A DNA stretch of 64,000 nt from an uncultured Pelagibacteraceae bacterium (GTDB lineage Bacteria; Pseudomonadota; Alphaproteobacteria; Pelagibacterales; AG-422-B15): positions 3,013-67,012 of the forward strand of contig CACKBQ010000005.1 in assembly GCA_902598405.1 (NCBI GenBank), given 5' to 3'. Below are positions 27,951 to 38,647 of this stretch, piece after piece. Position 1 is the first letter of the stretch. Every line of letters starts with the position of its first letter. The position numbers and the translations under genes are program-made. The notes beneath the pieces were generated by a model. That model was given only the letters and a program-made list of their open reading frames with translations. It did not search any database and was not told the DNA's origin.

Positions 27951-28921
27951 GCTTTTTTATTATACCTTTCTTCAATCATTCTGGCTACTTGGAAGGTCTC
28001 ATTTTCATATGAATTTGTAAAGTCTTCGAGTTTTTCTCCTAAAAGCCTTGCGTAATTTTTTTGCAACAGCGTCGTAATAAATTTTTCTATTCTGTTATTT
28101 TTTTTTAAGCTTGGAAGTTTAAAAATATATACTGGTTTAGTTGAAGATATAGATTCTGAAATTATTGAAACAGAGTCAGACGTACAAATAAGATATTTAG
28201 AAAACTTCATTAAGGCTAAATAAGGATTACCTTCGCCGTTCCAAATAATATTCTGATCTAAAAAGCGTTCTTTCAGGTATTCGATAATAAATTGATCAGT
28301 TCTTCTTGAAAATAAAATATATAACTGAATATCATTATTTTTAATAATTTTATCAACTTGATCAGCTAATACCTTAACAACAGTTATATCAAAGCGATAG
28401 TTTCGGTTTTGACCACCTAAGAAAAATGCACAAATAGGTTTTTCTATTTTTGAGAATTGAGCTGTATAAAGCTCAGCCTCTTTGTTCAGTAGACTTTTGT
28501 TTATATGATTAAGTGCCAAATCAGTTTGAAGCACGTTTTTACCTTTTAAATCATCATGTGCTGGAGCGACAACCAAATCAAAATAAACTGGGTTGATTTT
28601 TGGATTTTGTATATGAATTGAAAAGACTTTATTTTTTAATGATTTTTTGAGGTGTAAAGATGCATAAATAGACCTCTTGCCACACGATATAATAATATCT
28701 GGAGGAATATTACTTTCTAAGCTTATTTGTCTGTAATTATTAAATATAATTTTAGATGGCGGCAATATTCCCACTGGAAGCTTATTCCATGGAAATTTTA
28801 AATCTATTGTCTTTTGCTCAAAATTTAAATTAAGAGCATCTGCAAGGCCTTTGACCTGACTGATCATTCCTGCTGATCCATCTGTTAGGCACCACGCTCT
28901 CAAATTCTTGAATTTGGTCAT
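27947..28921 (-). CDS. ELM1/DUF1022-family protein (predicted glycosyltransferase-like)
   Basis: 324 aa. The N-terminus 'AWCLTDGSAGMISQVKGLADAL' resembles the conserved start of alphaproteobacterial 'mitochondrial fission ELM1' homologues. It overlaps the downstream ORF by 4 nt. Confidence 0.55.
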   Translation of the reverse strand: MTKFKNLRAWCLTDGSAGMISQVKGLADALNLNFEQKTIDLKFPWNKLPVGILPPSKIIFNNYRQISLESNIPPDIIISCGKRSIYASLHLKKSLKNKVFSIHIQNPKINPVYFDLVVAPAHDDLKGKNVLQTDLALNHINKSLLNKEAELYTAQFSKIEKPICAFFLGGQNRNYRFDITVVKVLADQVDKIIKNNDIQLYILFSRRTDQFIIEYLKERFLDQNIIWNGEGNPYLALMKFSKYLICTSDSVSIISESISSTKPVYIFKLPSLKKNNRIEKFITTLLQKNYARLLGEKLEDFTNSYENETFQVARMIEERYNKKA

Positions 28922-28993
28922 TTAATAACTATCTATGTTGAATACAAAAGTTCTTTAATTACTAGAAGATAATATATAGATTATAAAAATTAA

Positions 28994-29926
28994 ATGCATT
29001 CAAAAGTTCTAATAATAGGTTCAGGTCCTGCAGGATATACTGCTGCAATATATGCGGCAAGGGCAATGCTCGAGCCGACTTTAGTTCAAGGTTTACAACC
29101 AGGTGGGCAACTTACTATAACAACTGATGTTGAAAATTATCCTGGGTACGGGGATGTAATACAAGGTCCATGGTTAATGGAACAAATGCAAGAACAAGCA
29201 AAAAATGTTGGAACAAATATCATAAATGACATTATAAAAAGTGTAGACTTTAAAGGTAAGCCATTTAAGGCTATTAGCGAGTCGGGAACTGAATATACTG
29301 CCGACTCAGTAATTATCTCAACAGGAGCTCAAGCAAGATGGCTTGGATTAGACTCTGAAAAAAAATTTCAAGGATATGGCGTTTCAGCTTGTGCAACTTG
29401 TGATGGCTTCTTTTTTAAGGAAAAAAAGGTAGCAGTCATCGGCGGTGGTAATTCAGCTGTTGAGGAAGCTTTATATTTAACAAACTTTGCATCTAAAGTA
29501 TACCTTGTTCATAGGCGTGATGAACTTCGAGCAGAAAAAATTCTTCAAGATAGATTGTTTAAAAATGAAAAAGTTGAATGTGTGTGGGATAGTGAACTAA
29601 AAGAAATAGTTGGCGATGAAGATCCTCTAAATGTAAAAAGTATAAATATTAAAAATACAAAAACTAACGAAACCAGTAGTATCGAACTAGACGGTGTCTT
29701 TGTTGCTATAGGGCATGATCCAGCTACTCAAATTTTTAGGGACCAAGTCGAGATGGATGAAGATGGATATATAATTACAAAACCTGACTCAACACTTACA
29801 AACGTTGAAGGTGTATATGCAGCAGGAGATGTAAAGGATAAAATTTATCGTCAGGCGGTTACTGCAGCTGGTATGGGTTGTATGGCAGCGCTTGAGGCTG
29901 AAAAATACCTAGCTGAATTATCTTAA
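28994..29926 (+). CDS. trxB: Thioredoxin-disulfide reductase
   Basis: 310 aa with 'IIGSGPAGYTAAIYAARA', the redox-active 'CATCDG' and 'GGGNSAVEEALYL'. Confidence 0.95.
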   Translation: MHSKVLIIGSGPAGYTAAIYAARAMLEPTLVQGLQPGGQLTITTDVENYPGYGDVIQGPWLMEQMQEQAKNVGTNIINDIIKSVDFKGKPFKAISESGTEYTADSVIISTGAQARWLGLDSEKKFQGYGVSACATCDGFFFKEKKVAVIGGGNSAVEEALYLTNFASKVYLVHRRDELRAEKILQDRLFKNEKVECVWDSELKEIVGDEDPLNVKSINIKNTKTNETSSIELDGVFVAIGHDPATQIFRDQVEMDEDGYIITKPDSTLTNVEGVYAAGDVKDKIYRQAVTAAGMGCMAALEAEKYLAELS

Positions 29927-31120
29927 TTTATTAAGAAAATCTCTCATTCGAACGCATGCATTTTTTAAGTTTTCGTCAGAAGTTGCATAAGAAATTCTAA
30001 AATAGCCTTCCAAACCAAAAGCTGAACCTTGAACAACAGCAACTCCTGCATGCTCTAATAATGATGTCGTAAATTCTTCATCATTTGTAATTTTGTTATT
30101 CGACTCATCAACTTTACCAATTACTCCTTTACATGATGGAAAAACATAAAATGCACCTTCAGGTACTCTACAAGTAATTCCATTCATACTAGTAAATTCA
30201 TTCATTAGAAAATCACGTCTACCTCTAAATACTTTGGCTCTTTCGGTAATGAATGAATTATCTCCATTTAAGGCTTCAACTGCTGCAGCTTGACTAATAG
30301 ATGTTGGATTGCTTGTTGATTGAGACTGAAGCTTGCCCATGGCTTTAATTAAGCTGGCATTTCCTCCCGCATAACCAATTCTCCAGCCTGTCATAGCATA
30401 TGCCTTACTAACTCCGTTCAATGTTAATATTCTTTCTTTAAGTTCTGGAGCAATGCTTGCAAAAGTATGAAATTCATTATCATCGTATATAAGATGTTCA
30501 TATAAATCGTCTGTCATTACGTTCACGTGTGGATATTTTTTTAAAACATTTGCAAGTTCTAAAAGTTCATTCTTTGTATAACAGGAACCTGTAGGATTTG
30601 ATGGTGAATTAAGAATAAACCATTTGGTTGATTGATTGATTGTGTTTTCAAGTTGTTGTGGGGTTATTTTAAATCCTGACTCTTCACCACATTGAACGAA
30701 AATAGGTTTTCCATTGAAATAATTAACGACGTCAGGGTAAGTTACCCAATAAGGAGCTGGAATAATTACTTCATCTGACTCATTTAAGGAGACAGCAAAT
30801 GCATTAAAAATAATTTGCTTTCCTCCTGTACCAACAGAGATTTCATCAAGCTCGTAATCTAAATTATTTTCTCTTTTAAATTTTGCTTTGATTGCTTTCT
30901 TCAGTTCTGGAGTTCCATCAACAGGGGTATATTTTGTATCTCCATCGTTTATCGCTTGAATAGCAGCTTTTTTAATATTTTCTGGAGTATCAAAATCTGG
31001 TTCTCCCGCTCCTAGCCCTATAATATCCTTTCCCGCGGCCTTTAATTCACGAGCTTTTTGGGTCACTGCCATGGTGGCCGATGGCTTAATTCTTTTTATA
31101 CTGTGTGATAGTTCTACCAC
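29918..31120 (-). CDS. Aspartate aminotransferase (class I PLP)
   Basis: 400 aa with 'LGAGEPDFDTP', 'SPSNPTG' and the PLP lysine context 'SKAYAMTGWRIGY'. It is convergent with trxB and overlaps it by 9 nt. Confidence 0.9.
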   Translation of the reverse strand: MVELSHSIKRIKPSATMAVTQKARELKAAGKDIIGLGAGEPDFDTPENIKKAAIQAINDGDTKYTPVDGTPELKKAIKAKFKRENNLDYELDEISVGTGGKQIIFNAFAVSLNESDEVIIPAPYWVTYPDVVNYFNGKPIFVQCGEESGFKITPQQLENTINQSTKWFILNSPSNPTGSCYTKNELLELANVLKKYPHVNVMTDDLYEHLIYDDNEFHTFASIAPELKERILTLNGVSKAYAMTGWRIGYAGGNASLIKAMGKLQSQSTSNPTSISQAAAVEALNGDNSFITERAKVFRGRRDFLMNEFTSMNGITCRVPEGAFYVFPSCKGVIGKVDESNNKITNDEEFTTSLLEHAGVAVVQGSAFGLEGYFRISYATSDENLKNACVRMRDFLNKLR

Positions 31121-31211
31121 TGCTTATCCCCAGAATTTGTTATTTATACAATCAGCTATTATATTAAATTAGATTAATACACAATTTATATTCTAACTAA
31201 TTAATAAATTA

Positions 31212-33266
31212 ATGCCAAATTCTGAAGTTCTTAAAGTCACATCTGAATACAAACCTGCTGGAGATCAGCCTCAAGCAATTGAAGAGATTGTTAAAAGCAT
31301 TAAAGGCAATGAGATGGAACAAGTTTTGCTTGGGGTAACTGGATCAGGTAAAACTTTCACGATGGCTAAAATTATAGAAAAACTTCAAAGGCCAACTCTA
31401 ATACTTGCTCCAAATAAAACTTTAGCAGCACAATTATATGGTGAAATGAAGTCATTCTTTCCAGACAATGCTGTTGAATATTTTGTATCTTATTACGACT
31501 ATTATATACCAGAAGCATACGTACCGAGGTCAAATACTTACATAGAAAAAGAAGCATCGATAAATGAACAAATCGATCGAATGAGACACTCAGCAACTCA
31601 ATCCTTACTTGAGAGAAAAGATGTTGTAATTGTTGCAAGTGTTTCATGTATTTATGGAATAGGTTCTGTTGAAACGTATAGATCAATGACTATTCGATTA
31701 GAAAAAAATCAAAAGATTGGACGAAATGAAATTATTCAAAAACTCATCACGCTTCAATATAACCGAAATGACACAGATTTTCATAGAGGCACATTCAGAG
31801 TGCGTGGAGACTTGATTGAGGTTTTTCCATCCCATTACGAAGACCGCGCGTGGAAATTATCTTTGTTCGGAGATGATCTCGAGTCGATTAGTGAATTTGA
31901 TCCATTGACTGGAAAAAAGACAGCTGAGTTAGAAACTATAAAAATTTATGCAAACAGTCACTACGTCACTCCAAGGCCAACACTTGATACTGCCATAAAG
32001 CAAATACGAAAAGACTTAGAAGTAAGGATTCCTGAATTTAAAAAAGAAAAGAAATTAATAGAGGCTCAACGAATAGAAGAAAGAACAAGGTTTGATTTAG
32101 AAATGATTGAGGCAACGGGTAGTTGTCCAGGCATTGAGAATTATTCAAGATATCTCTCTGGAAGAAATCCAGGCGAACCGCCTCCAACACTTTTTGAATA
32201 CTTGCCTGACAATGCACTCCTTTTTGTTGATGAAAGTCATGTCACAGTGCCTCAATTAGAAGGCATGTATAAAGGTGACCGAAGCAGAAAAACAACACTG
32301 TCAGAATATGGCTTTAGATTACCATCTTGTTTAGATAACAGACCATTAAAGTTTGAGGAATGGGAAATGATGCGCCCTCAAAGTTTATTCATTTCTGCTA
32401 CTCCAGGACCATGGGAAATGCAAAAAACTCAAGGAGTATTTACTGAACAAATAATAAGGCCAACAGGGTTGATTGATCCAGAGGTTGAAATAAGGCCTGC
32501 GAAAACTCAAGTTGAAGATTTAATATCAGAATGTAAAAAAATTATTGATCTTAAATACCGAGTATTAGTGACAACACTTACTAAACGCATGGCTGAGGAC
32601 TTGTCAGAGTATATGCATGAAAACGGAATAAAAGTGAAATATATGCATTCAGATATTGATACATTAGAGAGAATTGAAATTATCCGCGACCTTAGAAAGG
32701 GATTGTTCGACGTGTTAGTGGGTATCAATTTACTTAGAGAAGGTTTGGATATACCTGAATGTGCTTTAGTCGCAATATTAGATGCTGATAAAGAAGGCTT
32801 CTTAAGATCGGAGAGGTCATTGGTGCAGACAATCGGTAGAGCAGCAAGGAATGTAGATGGAAGAGTAATACTGTATGCTGATAAAGAAACAGAAAGTATA
32901 AAAAAAGCAATAAGTGAAACTGACAGAAGAAGAGATATACAAAAGAAATACAACAAAGAAAATAATATTACACCTGAAACTATTAAGAGAGATATTAGTG
33001 ATATTCTTGAAAGTATTTATGAAAATGATCGTGTAAACGTTGATTTGAAGAGTACAGAAAAACATCTCGTCGGAAATAATCTAAAAAAACATCTTGAGGA
33101 ACTTAAGAAAAATATGATGGATTTTGCTGATGATCTCAATTTTGAAGAAGCTGCCAAGTTAAGAGATGAGATAAAAAGGCTTGAGAATAATGAATTAGAG
33201 TTACCATCCAACAGCAATATAGTTTATAAAAAAAATAAAAGGAAAAAAAGAAAGTACTTTACTTAA
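31212..33266 (+). CDS. uvrB: Excinuclease ABC subunit B
   Basis: 684 aa with '[14 protein letters not shown]', '[10 protein letters not shown]', a helicase C domain and a C-terminal UVR motif '[15 protein letters not shown]'. Confidence 0.97.
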   Translation: MPNSEVLKVTSEYKPAGDQPQAIEEIVKSIKGNEMEQVLLGVTGSGKTFTMAKIIEKLQRPTLILAPNKTLAAQLYGEMKSFFPDNAVEYFVSYYDYYIPEAYVPRSNTYIEKEASINEQIDRMRHSATQSLLERKDVVIVASVSCIYGIGSVETYRSMTIRLEKNQKIGRNEIIQKLITLQYNRNDTDFHRGTFRVRGDLIEVFPSHYEDRAWKLSLFGDDLESISEFDPLTGKKTAELETIKIYANSHYVTPRPTLDTAIKQIRKDLEVRIPEFKKEKKLIEAQRIEERTRFDLEMIEATGSCPGIENYSRYLSGRNPGEPPPTLFEYLPDNALLFVDESHVTVPQLEGMYKGDRSRKTTLSEYGFRLPSCLDNRPLKFEEWEMMRPQSLFISATPGPWEMQKTQGVFTEQIIRPTGLIDPEVEIRPAKTQVEDLISECKKIIDLKYRVLVTTLTKRMAEDLSEYMHENGIKVKYMHSDIDTLERIEIIRDLRKGLFDVLVGINLLREGLDIPECALVAILDADKEGFLRSERSLVQTIGRAARNVDGRVILYADKETESIKKAISETDRRRDIQKKYNKENNITPETIKRDISDILESIYENDRVNVDLKSTEKHLVGNNLKKHLEELKKNMMDFADDLNFEEAAKLRDEIKRLENNELELPSNSNIVYKKNKRKKRKYFT

Positions 33267-34201
33267 TGTTTATAGATTTCTGCATACTGTTAATAGGATT
33301 ATCTCTTCTTTTATACAGTGCAGATAAAATGATTGAGTCGGCTGACGCAATTGCTAAAAAGTTCAATTTATCCCCAGTATTAATAGGTTTAACAATTGTA
33401 GCGTTTGGTACATCAGCACCTGAACTAGTTATAACTCTATTTGCTGCAACAAAGATCGTTCCAGCTACTGATGCCATTACCGGAAATATTATAGGATCTA
33501 ATATTGCAAATATTTTACTAATTTTAGGAACTTCAGCATTTTTTTTCAAAATTAATCTAGATAAATTAGGCAATAAGGATATTATTTTCTTACTTTTAAT
33601 ATCTTTATACTTCGCGCTCTTATTTTATGTTAGCCAAACAGTCACTCTCATTCACACAATCGGCTATTTAGTTTTAACTTTGTTCTTTATCAATTTTCTT
33701 CGTAATTATAAATCCTCAGATCAAAATGAAGAACAAAAAATTTTTGGAAGGTACACTTATTTAATTTTATTAAGTGCCTTCATAGGCATTTTTATTGGTG
33801 GGAAAATTTTTTTAGACAGCTCACTGAATATTTTTCAAACGTTAGGAGTTAACGAGGTACTAATAGGTATTTTTGTTCTGGCCATTGGTACATCCTTACC
33901 TGAATTGATAACTGTTATTATTTCTTACTTAAAAAAGAAGGGCTCTATAGGTATTGGTAATGTTATTGGTAGCAACATTATGAACATACTGTTTGTTTTC
34001 CTGCCAGGGGTTATAATTGTTCAACTTAGAGGGCTTGAATATTCTCTAAAAAATATAGATGTATTTCACATATATATTTTAATATTAGTAACTTTGATGA
34101 TAGCTCTTATAGCAATTTTAAGAATTCAAATGAGAAAAATACATTCTGCTTTTTTCTTGATTAGTTATTTTTTATATCTTGGGTATTCTTTTATATTATG
34201 A
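33266..34201 (+). CDS. Ca2+/cation antiporter (CaCA, YrbG-like)
   Basis: 311 aa with two alpha-repeats, 'GTSAPELV...GNIIGSNIANILLILG' and 'GTSLPELI...GNVIGSNIMNILFV'. Confidence 0.8.
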   Translation: MFIDFCILLIGLSLLLYSADKMIESADAIAKKFNLSPVLIGLTIVAFGTSAPELVITLFAATKIVPATDAITGNIIGSNIANILLILGTSAFFFKINLDKLGNKDIIFLLLISLYFALLFYVSQTVTLIHTIGYLVLTLFFINFLRNYKSSDQNEEQKIFGRYTYLILLSAFIGIFIGGKIFLDSSLNIFQTLGVNEVLIGIFVLAIGTSLPELITVIISYLKKKGSIGIGNVIGSNIMNILFVFLPGVIIVQLRGLEYSLKNIDVFHIYILILVTLMIALIAILRIQMRKIHSAFFLISYFLYLGYSFIL

Positions 34202-34920
34202 AAAAAACAATATTAATTACAGGCGGTTCGCAAAGAATTGGTAGATCAATTGCACTATTTCTTAAAGACTCTAATTATAATTTTATAATACACTATAATA
34301 AGTCTTCAAAAGCTGCCAGAGAGTTGAAAAATATTATTAATGGTCACGGGCGCGATTGCGAAATAGTGAAAACCGATTTGTCTAAAATATCTGATGTTAA
34401 AGATATAATTAAAAGAAGTAAAAAATTCTTTGGACCAATACATGCAATTGTTAATAATGCCTCCTTATTCATCAATGATAATATAGAAAATTTAAATGAT
34501 AAACTTTGGTATGATCATATGAATATAAACTTATACGCCCCTCTAATCATATCTAAAGAATTTAATAAACAACTTCCAAAAAAGAGCTTAGGGCATATCA
34601 TAAATATATTGGATCAAAATGTAGTCAATCCAGATACATCGTTCTTTTCCTACTCCATTTCAAAATCTGCTTTACTATCTGCAACTACAATCATGGCAAA
34701 ATCATTTGCTCCTAACATTAGGGTTAATGCGATTGGCCCAGGTCCGACACTTAAAAATATTCATCAATCAAAAAAACATTTTGATCAATCGATCAAAAAT
34801 ACTTTACTTAAAATAGGTTCACCGCCTGAGGAGATTGCCAAAGCAGTTAAATTTCTTCTTGATTCAAAATCAATTACAGGTCAATTTATAGCTGTAGATG
34901 GTGGGGAACATTTATCATGA
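34198..34920 (+). CDS. Short-chain dehydrogenase/reductase, possibly pteridine reductase/FolM-like
   Basis: 240 aa with 'ITGGSQRIGRSIA', 'NNAS' and 'YSISKSAL' (Y-x3-K). Its position immediately upstream of folB suggests a pterin substrate; that is inference. Confidence 0.75.
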   Translation: MKKTILITGGSQRIGRSIALFLKDSNYNFIIHYNKSSKAARELKNIINGHGRDCEIVKTDLSKISDVKDIIKRSKKFFGPIHAIVNNASLFINDNIENLNDKLWYDHMNINLYAPLIISKEFNKQLPKKSLGHIINILDQNVVNPDTSFFSYSISKSALLSATTIMAKSFAPNIRVNAIGPGPTLKNIHQSKKHFDQSIKNTLLKIGSPPEEIAKAVKFLLDSKSITGQFIAVDGGEHLS

Positions 34921-35345
34921 CAGCAAGGAATATTCTTAAATTAAGTGAATTAAGGTCAGAAACAGATTTGATCAATCCAAATTCTGGATACGATTTAATC
35001 TTTTTAAATGATTTTATGATCGATGCAAATATTGGAGTATACAAACACGAGAAAATAAAGAGCCAACCACTCCGTATAAATATAATTGCTAAAGTTAAAA
35101 ATCCAAAAAAAATAAATGATGATAAATTGTACAGTGTTGTTTGTTATAATCAGATTTCAAAAAAAATTAAAAAAATTATTAAATCTGGTCATACAATTTT
35201 ACTAGAAAAACTTGCTGAAAAAATATTTCAGGAGTGTTTTAAAAATAAAAGAATTCAAACTATGAAGATAAGACTTGAAAAACTTGATGCAATTCAAGAA
35301 GCTGAAAGCGCAGGCATCGAAATTGAACGTTCTCGTTCTGAATAA
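34917..35345 (+). CDS. folB: Dihydroneopterin aldolase-like protein
   Basis: 142 aa with 'IGVYKHEK..SQPLRINI' and 'Y..I...I......H..LLE.LAE.I', resembling FolB. Confidence 0.6.
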   Translation: MTARNILKLSELRSETDLINPNSGYDLIFLNDFMIDANIGVYKHEKIKSQPLRINIIAKVKNPKKINDDKLYSVVCYNQISKKIKKIIKSGHTILLEKLAEKIFQECFKNKRIQTMKIRLEKLDAIQEAESAGIEIERSRSE

Positions 35346-37177
35346 TGAATAATCTTGAGAATATTAAAGAAATAATTGACCAATCCCCCTCTTCTTCCGG
35401 TATTTATAAAATGCTTAATGAAAAAGAAGAGATTATGTATGTTGGCAAAGCAAAAAATCTCCAAAATAGACTTAAAAGCTATCTAAACACCAACAATCTC
35501 TCAAATCGAATCAGAAGGATGGTTAGTAGAATATCAAATATTGAAGTAATTATTACTGAGACAGAAAAAGAAGCTTTGTTGCTTGAGGCAAACTTAATAA
35601 AAAAACTTAAACCTCCTTTCAATATCCTTTTACGAGATGATAAATCATTTCCTTATATTTTTATTAATCATGAACAAGAATTTCCACAAATTTCAAAACA
35701 TAGAGGAAAACAAAAATATAAAGGAAAATATTTTGGTCCATTCGCAACAATTAATTCACTAAATTATACTCTGAAAATATTACAGAAAGTTTTTCTACTA
35801 AGGTCGTGTGACGATACTATTTTTCAAAATAGATCTAAACCATGTCTTCTTTATCAAATTGAAAGGTGCAGTGGTCCCTGTGTTGATTATACATTAAGTA
35901 AAAAAGAGTATTTACAAAGTGTTAAGAATGCTGAGCACTTTCTTTCAGGTCAACATAGCAATTTACAAGAGGAGTTATCTTCTAAAATGGATGAAGAAAG
36001 TAAAAGTCTTAATTATGAAAAAGCAGCCAGCTATAGGGATAAGATAGTTGCACTAACCCAGATTCAAAGTCAGCAAAACATAAATCTTTACGATGTAAAA
36101 AATACTGACGTGATTTCAATTTCAAGAAAAGGTAATAAATCATGTGTTCAAGTATTTATTTATAGATCGGGTCAAAATTGGGGAAATAGATCTTATTTTC
36201 CAAAACACAGTGATGAAGTAGAAACTTATGAGATCCTAGAGCGTTTTATTGTTGATTTCTATACAAGATATTCCCCTCCAAAAAATGTATTGTTAAACTT
36301 ACCTATAAAAAATTCGTCTCTTATCGAAACATCTCTTAAATCCATTTATAATTACAAGACATCTTTTTTTGTCCCTAAAAAAGGAAAAAAATTAGATATA
36401 GTGAATTATGCAAGTAGAAACTCAGAACTAGCACTTAAAAATCACATTGCACAGTCTCACTCTGACAAAGAGAATCTGAGCCAACTATCAAAAGCACTCA
36501 ATATCACTAAAAAAATAAAAAGAGTTGAAGCCTATGACAACAGTCATCTATCGGGCAAAAATGCGGTTGGTGCAATGATTGTTTACTCTGAAGAAGGGTT
36601 TGAAAAAAAATCATACAGAAAATTTAATATAGACTCATCAAAAGTAAAACTCGGTGATGATTACGGAATGATGAGACACGTCCTTGAAAGAAGATTTTCA
36701 AAAGAAGCAATCAAAAATTCTAAGAAATATGAAAAATTGCCTGATTTATTGGTTATTGATGGAGGTAAAGGCCACTACGATTTAGCTAAAGAAATCCTAG
36801 AAACTAAAGGTTTAAATGAAATGGAACTAATATCAATATATAAAGGTGAGGGAAGAAAAGAGTCATTAGATCAAATAATATATAAAAATAAAAAAAACTT
36901 TATCGACAAAAATACTCCCTCCTTTTTCTTTATTCAAAGAATTAGGGATGAGTCACATCGCTACGCAATCGGGGCACATAAAGCGAAAAGAAAGAGGGAA
37001 ATGCATGCCTCAGAATTAGAACCAATAGAAGGTTTAGGACGAAGCAGAAGAAAATTACTTTTAAATCATTTTGGATCAGTTAAAAATATTAAAAATGCCT
37101 CAGCTCAGGATTTGATGAAAGTTAGAGGAATTAGTAAGTTGCTTTCAGAAAAAATATATGCATATTTTAATGGATAA
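35345..37177 (+). CDS. uvrC: Excinuclease ABC subunit C
   Basis: 610 aa with a GIY-YIG domain 'SGIYKMLNEKEEIMYVGKAKNL.NRL.SY', a UVR domain 'YEKAASYRDKI' and a C-terminal HhH. Confidence 0.95.
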   Translation: MNNLENIKEIIDQSPSSSGIYKMLNEKEEIMYVGKAKNLQNRLKSYLNTNNLSNRIRRMVSRISNIEVIITETEKEALLLEANLIKKLKPPFNILLRDDKSFPYIFINHEQEFPQISKHRGKQKYKGKYFGPFATINSLNYTLKILQKVFLLRSCDDTIFQNRSKPCLLYQIERCSGPCVDYTLSKKEYLQSVKNAEHFLSGQHSNLQEELSSKMDEESKSLNYEKAASYRDKIVALTQIQSQQNINLYDVKNTDVISISRKGNKSCVQVFIYRSGQNWGNRSYFPKHSDEVETYEILERFIVDFYTRYSPPKNVLLNLPIKNSSLIETSLKSIYNYKTSFFVPKKGKKLDIVNYASRNSELALKNHIAQSHSDKENLSQLSKALNITKKIKRVEAYDNSHLSGKNAVGAMIVYSEEGFEKKSYRKFNIDSSKVKLGDDYGMMRHVLERRFSKEAIKNSKKYEKLPDLLVIDGGKGHYDLAKEILETKGLNEMELISIYKGEGRKESLDQIIYKNKKNFIDKNTPSFFFIQRIRDESHRYAIGAHKAKRKREMHASELEPIEGLGRSRRKLLLNHFGSVKNIKNASAQDLMKVRGISKLLSEKIYAYFNG

Positions 37178-37719
37178 TGTCTAAGTTACCAAATTTTCTC
37201 ACTCTTCTTAGAATTTTTTTATTACCATTATTAATATATTTAATCATAGATAGTAATAGCTCATTTAATTTGGCAATTCTTGTTTTGTTTATTGTTATTG
37301 CATTGTCAGATTATTTTGATGGGGTAATTGCAAGAAAAACGAATAGTACATCTGAATTTGGTAAAATGTTAGATCCTATTGCAGATAAGCTATTTGTCGT
37401 ACTGTTAATAATTACATTTATCTACAATGACTATATTAATGAGATAAATTTAATTCCAGCCTATTTAATAATATTTAGAGAAATTTTTATCTCTGGTCTA
37501 AGAGAGTATGCATCTAATTTACCAGAAATAAAAAAAATAGATGTTTCTATATTAGGAAAATATAAAACTGCTTTTCAAATTTTGAGTTTATTTTTGATCT
37601 TAATAGGAAGCATCTACTTAGATTTGCAGCCTCTATTAAACATAGGTATTTATCTGTTATGGCTGTCAACTATAATTACGCTGATCAGCGCTTATCAATA
37701 CTATAAAAGTATATTTTAA
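37177..37719 (+). CDS. pgsA: CDP-diacylglycerol--glycerol-3-phosphate 3-phosphatidyltransferase
   Basis: 180 aa with the CDP-alcohol phosphatidyltransferase motif 'DYFDGVIARK.....FGKMLDPIADK'. Confidence 0.9.
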   Translation: MSKLPNFLTLLRIFLLPLLIYLIIDSNSSFNLAILVLFIVIALSDYFDGVIARKTNSTSEFGKMLDPIADKLFVVLLIITFIYNDYINEINLIPAYLIIFREIFISGLREYASNLPEIKKIDVSILGKYKTAFQILSLFLILIGSIYLDLQPLLNIGIYLLWLSTIITLISAYQYYKSIF

Positions 37720-37720
37720 G

Positions 37721-38602
37721 TTAAGATCTCACGATTTCGTGATAATCCTGCATAAACTTAAAATTTTGGGTATTGTCTCCAGTATTGAATTTAATATCGT
37801 CAATAGACTGAATTGGAGTAATCTCTGCTGCGGTGCCTGTTAGAAAGGCCTCATCAAAATTACTAATTTCTTCTGGCTTTATATGACGCTCAGTAATATT
37901 AAAGCCTTGTTCTTTAACCATTTCAATAACAGTTTGCCTAGTTATACCATTAAGAAAACAATCAGGAATTGGAGTGTGAATTTCTTTTCCTTTAATAAAG
38001 AAAATATTTGCTCCAGTACCTTCAGCAACATAGCCCCTATAGTCCAACATTAGGGCATCATGGTATCCTTTTTCCTCCGCAAATTCTTTTGACATTGTAC
38101 AAATAACGTAAGGACCAGATGCTTTTGCTTCACATGGCGCCGTATCAGGTGATGGCCGTTTCCATGGTGAAGTTATTAATCGTAGGCCAGCTTTTCGATC
38201 TTCGATCTTAAAATATGATGCCCAATCATTCCACACTGCAATTGCAACATTAATATCAGATTTAGCGGTTGAAATTCCCATTTGCTGAGACCCTCTCCAT
38301 GCAATTGGCCTAACATAACAATCTTCAAAATTCATTTTTTTAATGAGTTCATCTTTGGCCTCATTAATTTGGGACTGACTATAAGGAATTTTGATGCCTA
38401 CAATTTCCGCTGATCTAAATAGCCTTTTTGTGTGTTCTTCAGATTTAAAAATCTTCCCTTTATAGGCTCTTTCCCCTTCAAACACAGCACTAGCATAGTG
38501 AAGACCCTGAGTAATAACATGGCATTTTGCATCATTCCATTTGATAAACTCTCCGTTCATCCAAATAAAACCCTCTCGATTATCAAATGGTGCTATTTCC
38601 AT
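37721..38602 (-). CDS. ilvE: Branched-chain amino acid aminotransferase (class IV)
   Basis: 293 aa with 'GLHYASAVFEGERAY', 'EGTGANIFF' and 'LTGTAAEITP'. Confidence 0.9.
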   Translation of the reverse strand: MEIAPFDNREGFIWMNGEFIKWNDAKCHVITQGLHYASAVFEGERAYKGKIFKSEEHTKRLFRSAEIVGIKIPYSQSQINEAKDELIKKMNFEDCYVRPIAWRGSQQMGISTAKSDINVAIAVWNDWASYFKIEDRKAGLRLITSPWKRPSPDTAPCEAKASGPYVICTMSKEFAEEKGYHDALMLDYRGYVAEGTGANIFFIKGKEIHTPIPDCFLNGITRQTVIEMVKEQGFNITERHIKPEEISNFDEAFLTGTAAEITPIQSIDDIKFNTGDNTQNFKFMQDYHEIVRS

Positions 38603-38647
38603 ATAAAATACTTTAGTAAATTAAAAGTTTAATAACAGATAAATGGC

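Noticed and set aside
31121-31211. SOS/LexA operator upstream of uvrB. A TTGT-N7-ACAA partial palindrome lies in this spacer, at about 31137-31151.
   Set aside because: There is no GTTC-N7-GTTC or GAAC-N7-GAAC alphaproteobacterial box. The TTGT-N7-ACAA spacing does not fit the CTGT-N8-ACAG box either. It is probably a chance AT-rich palindrome.
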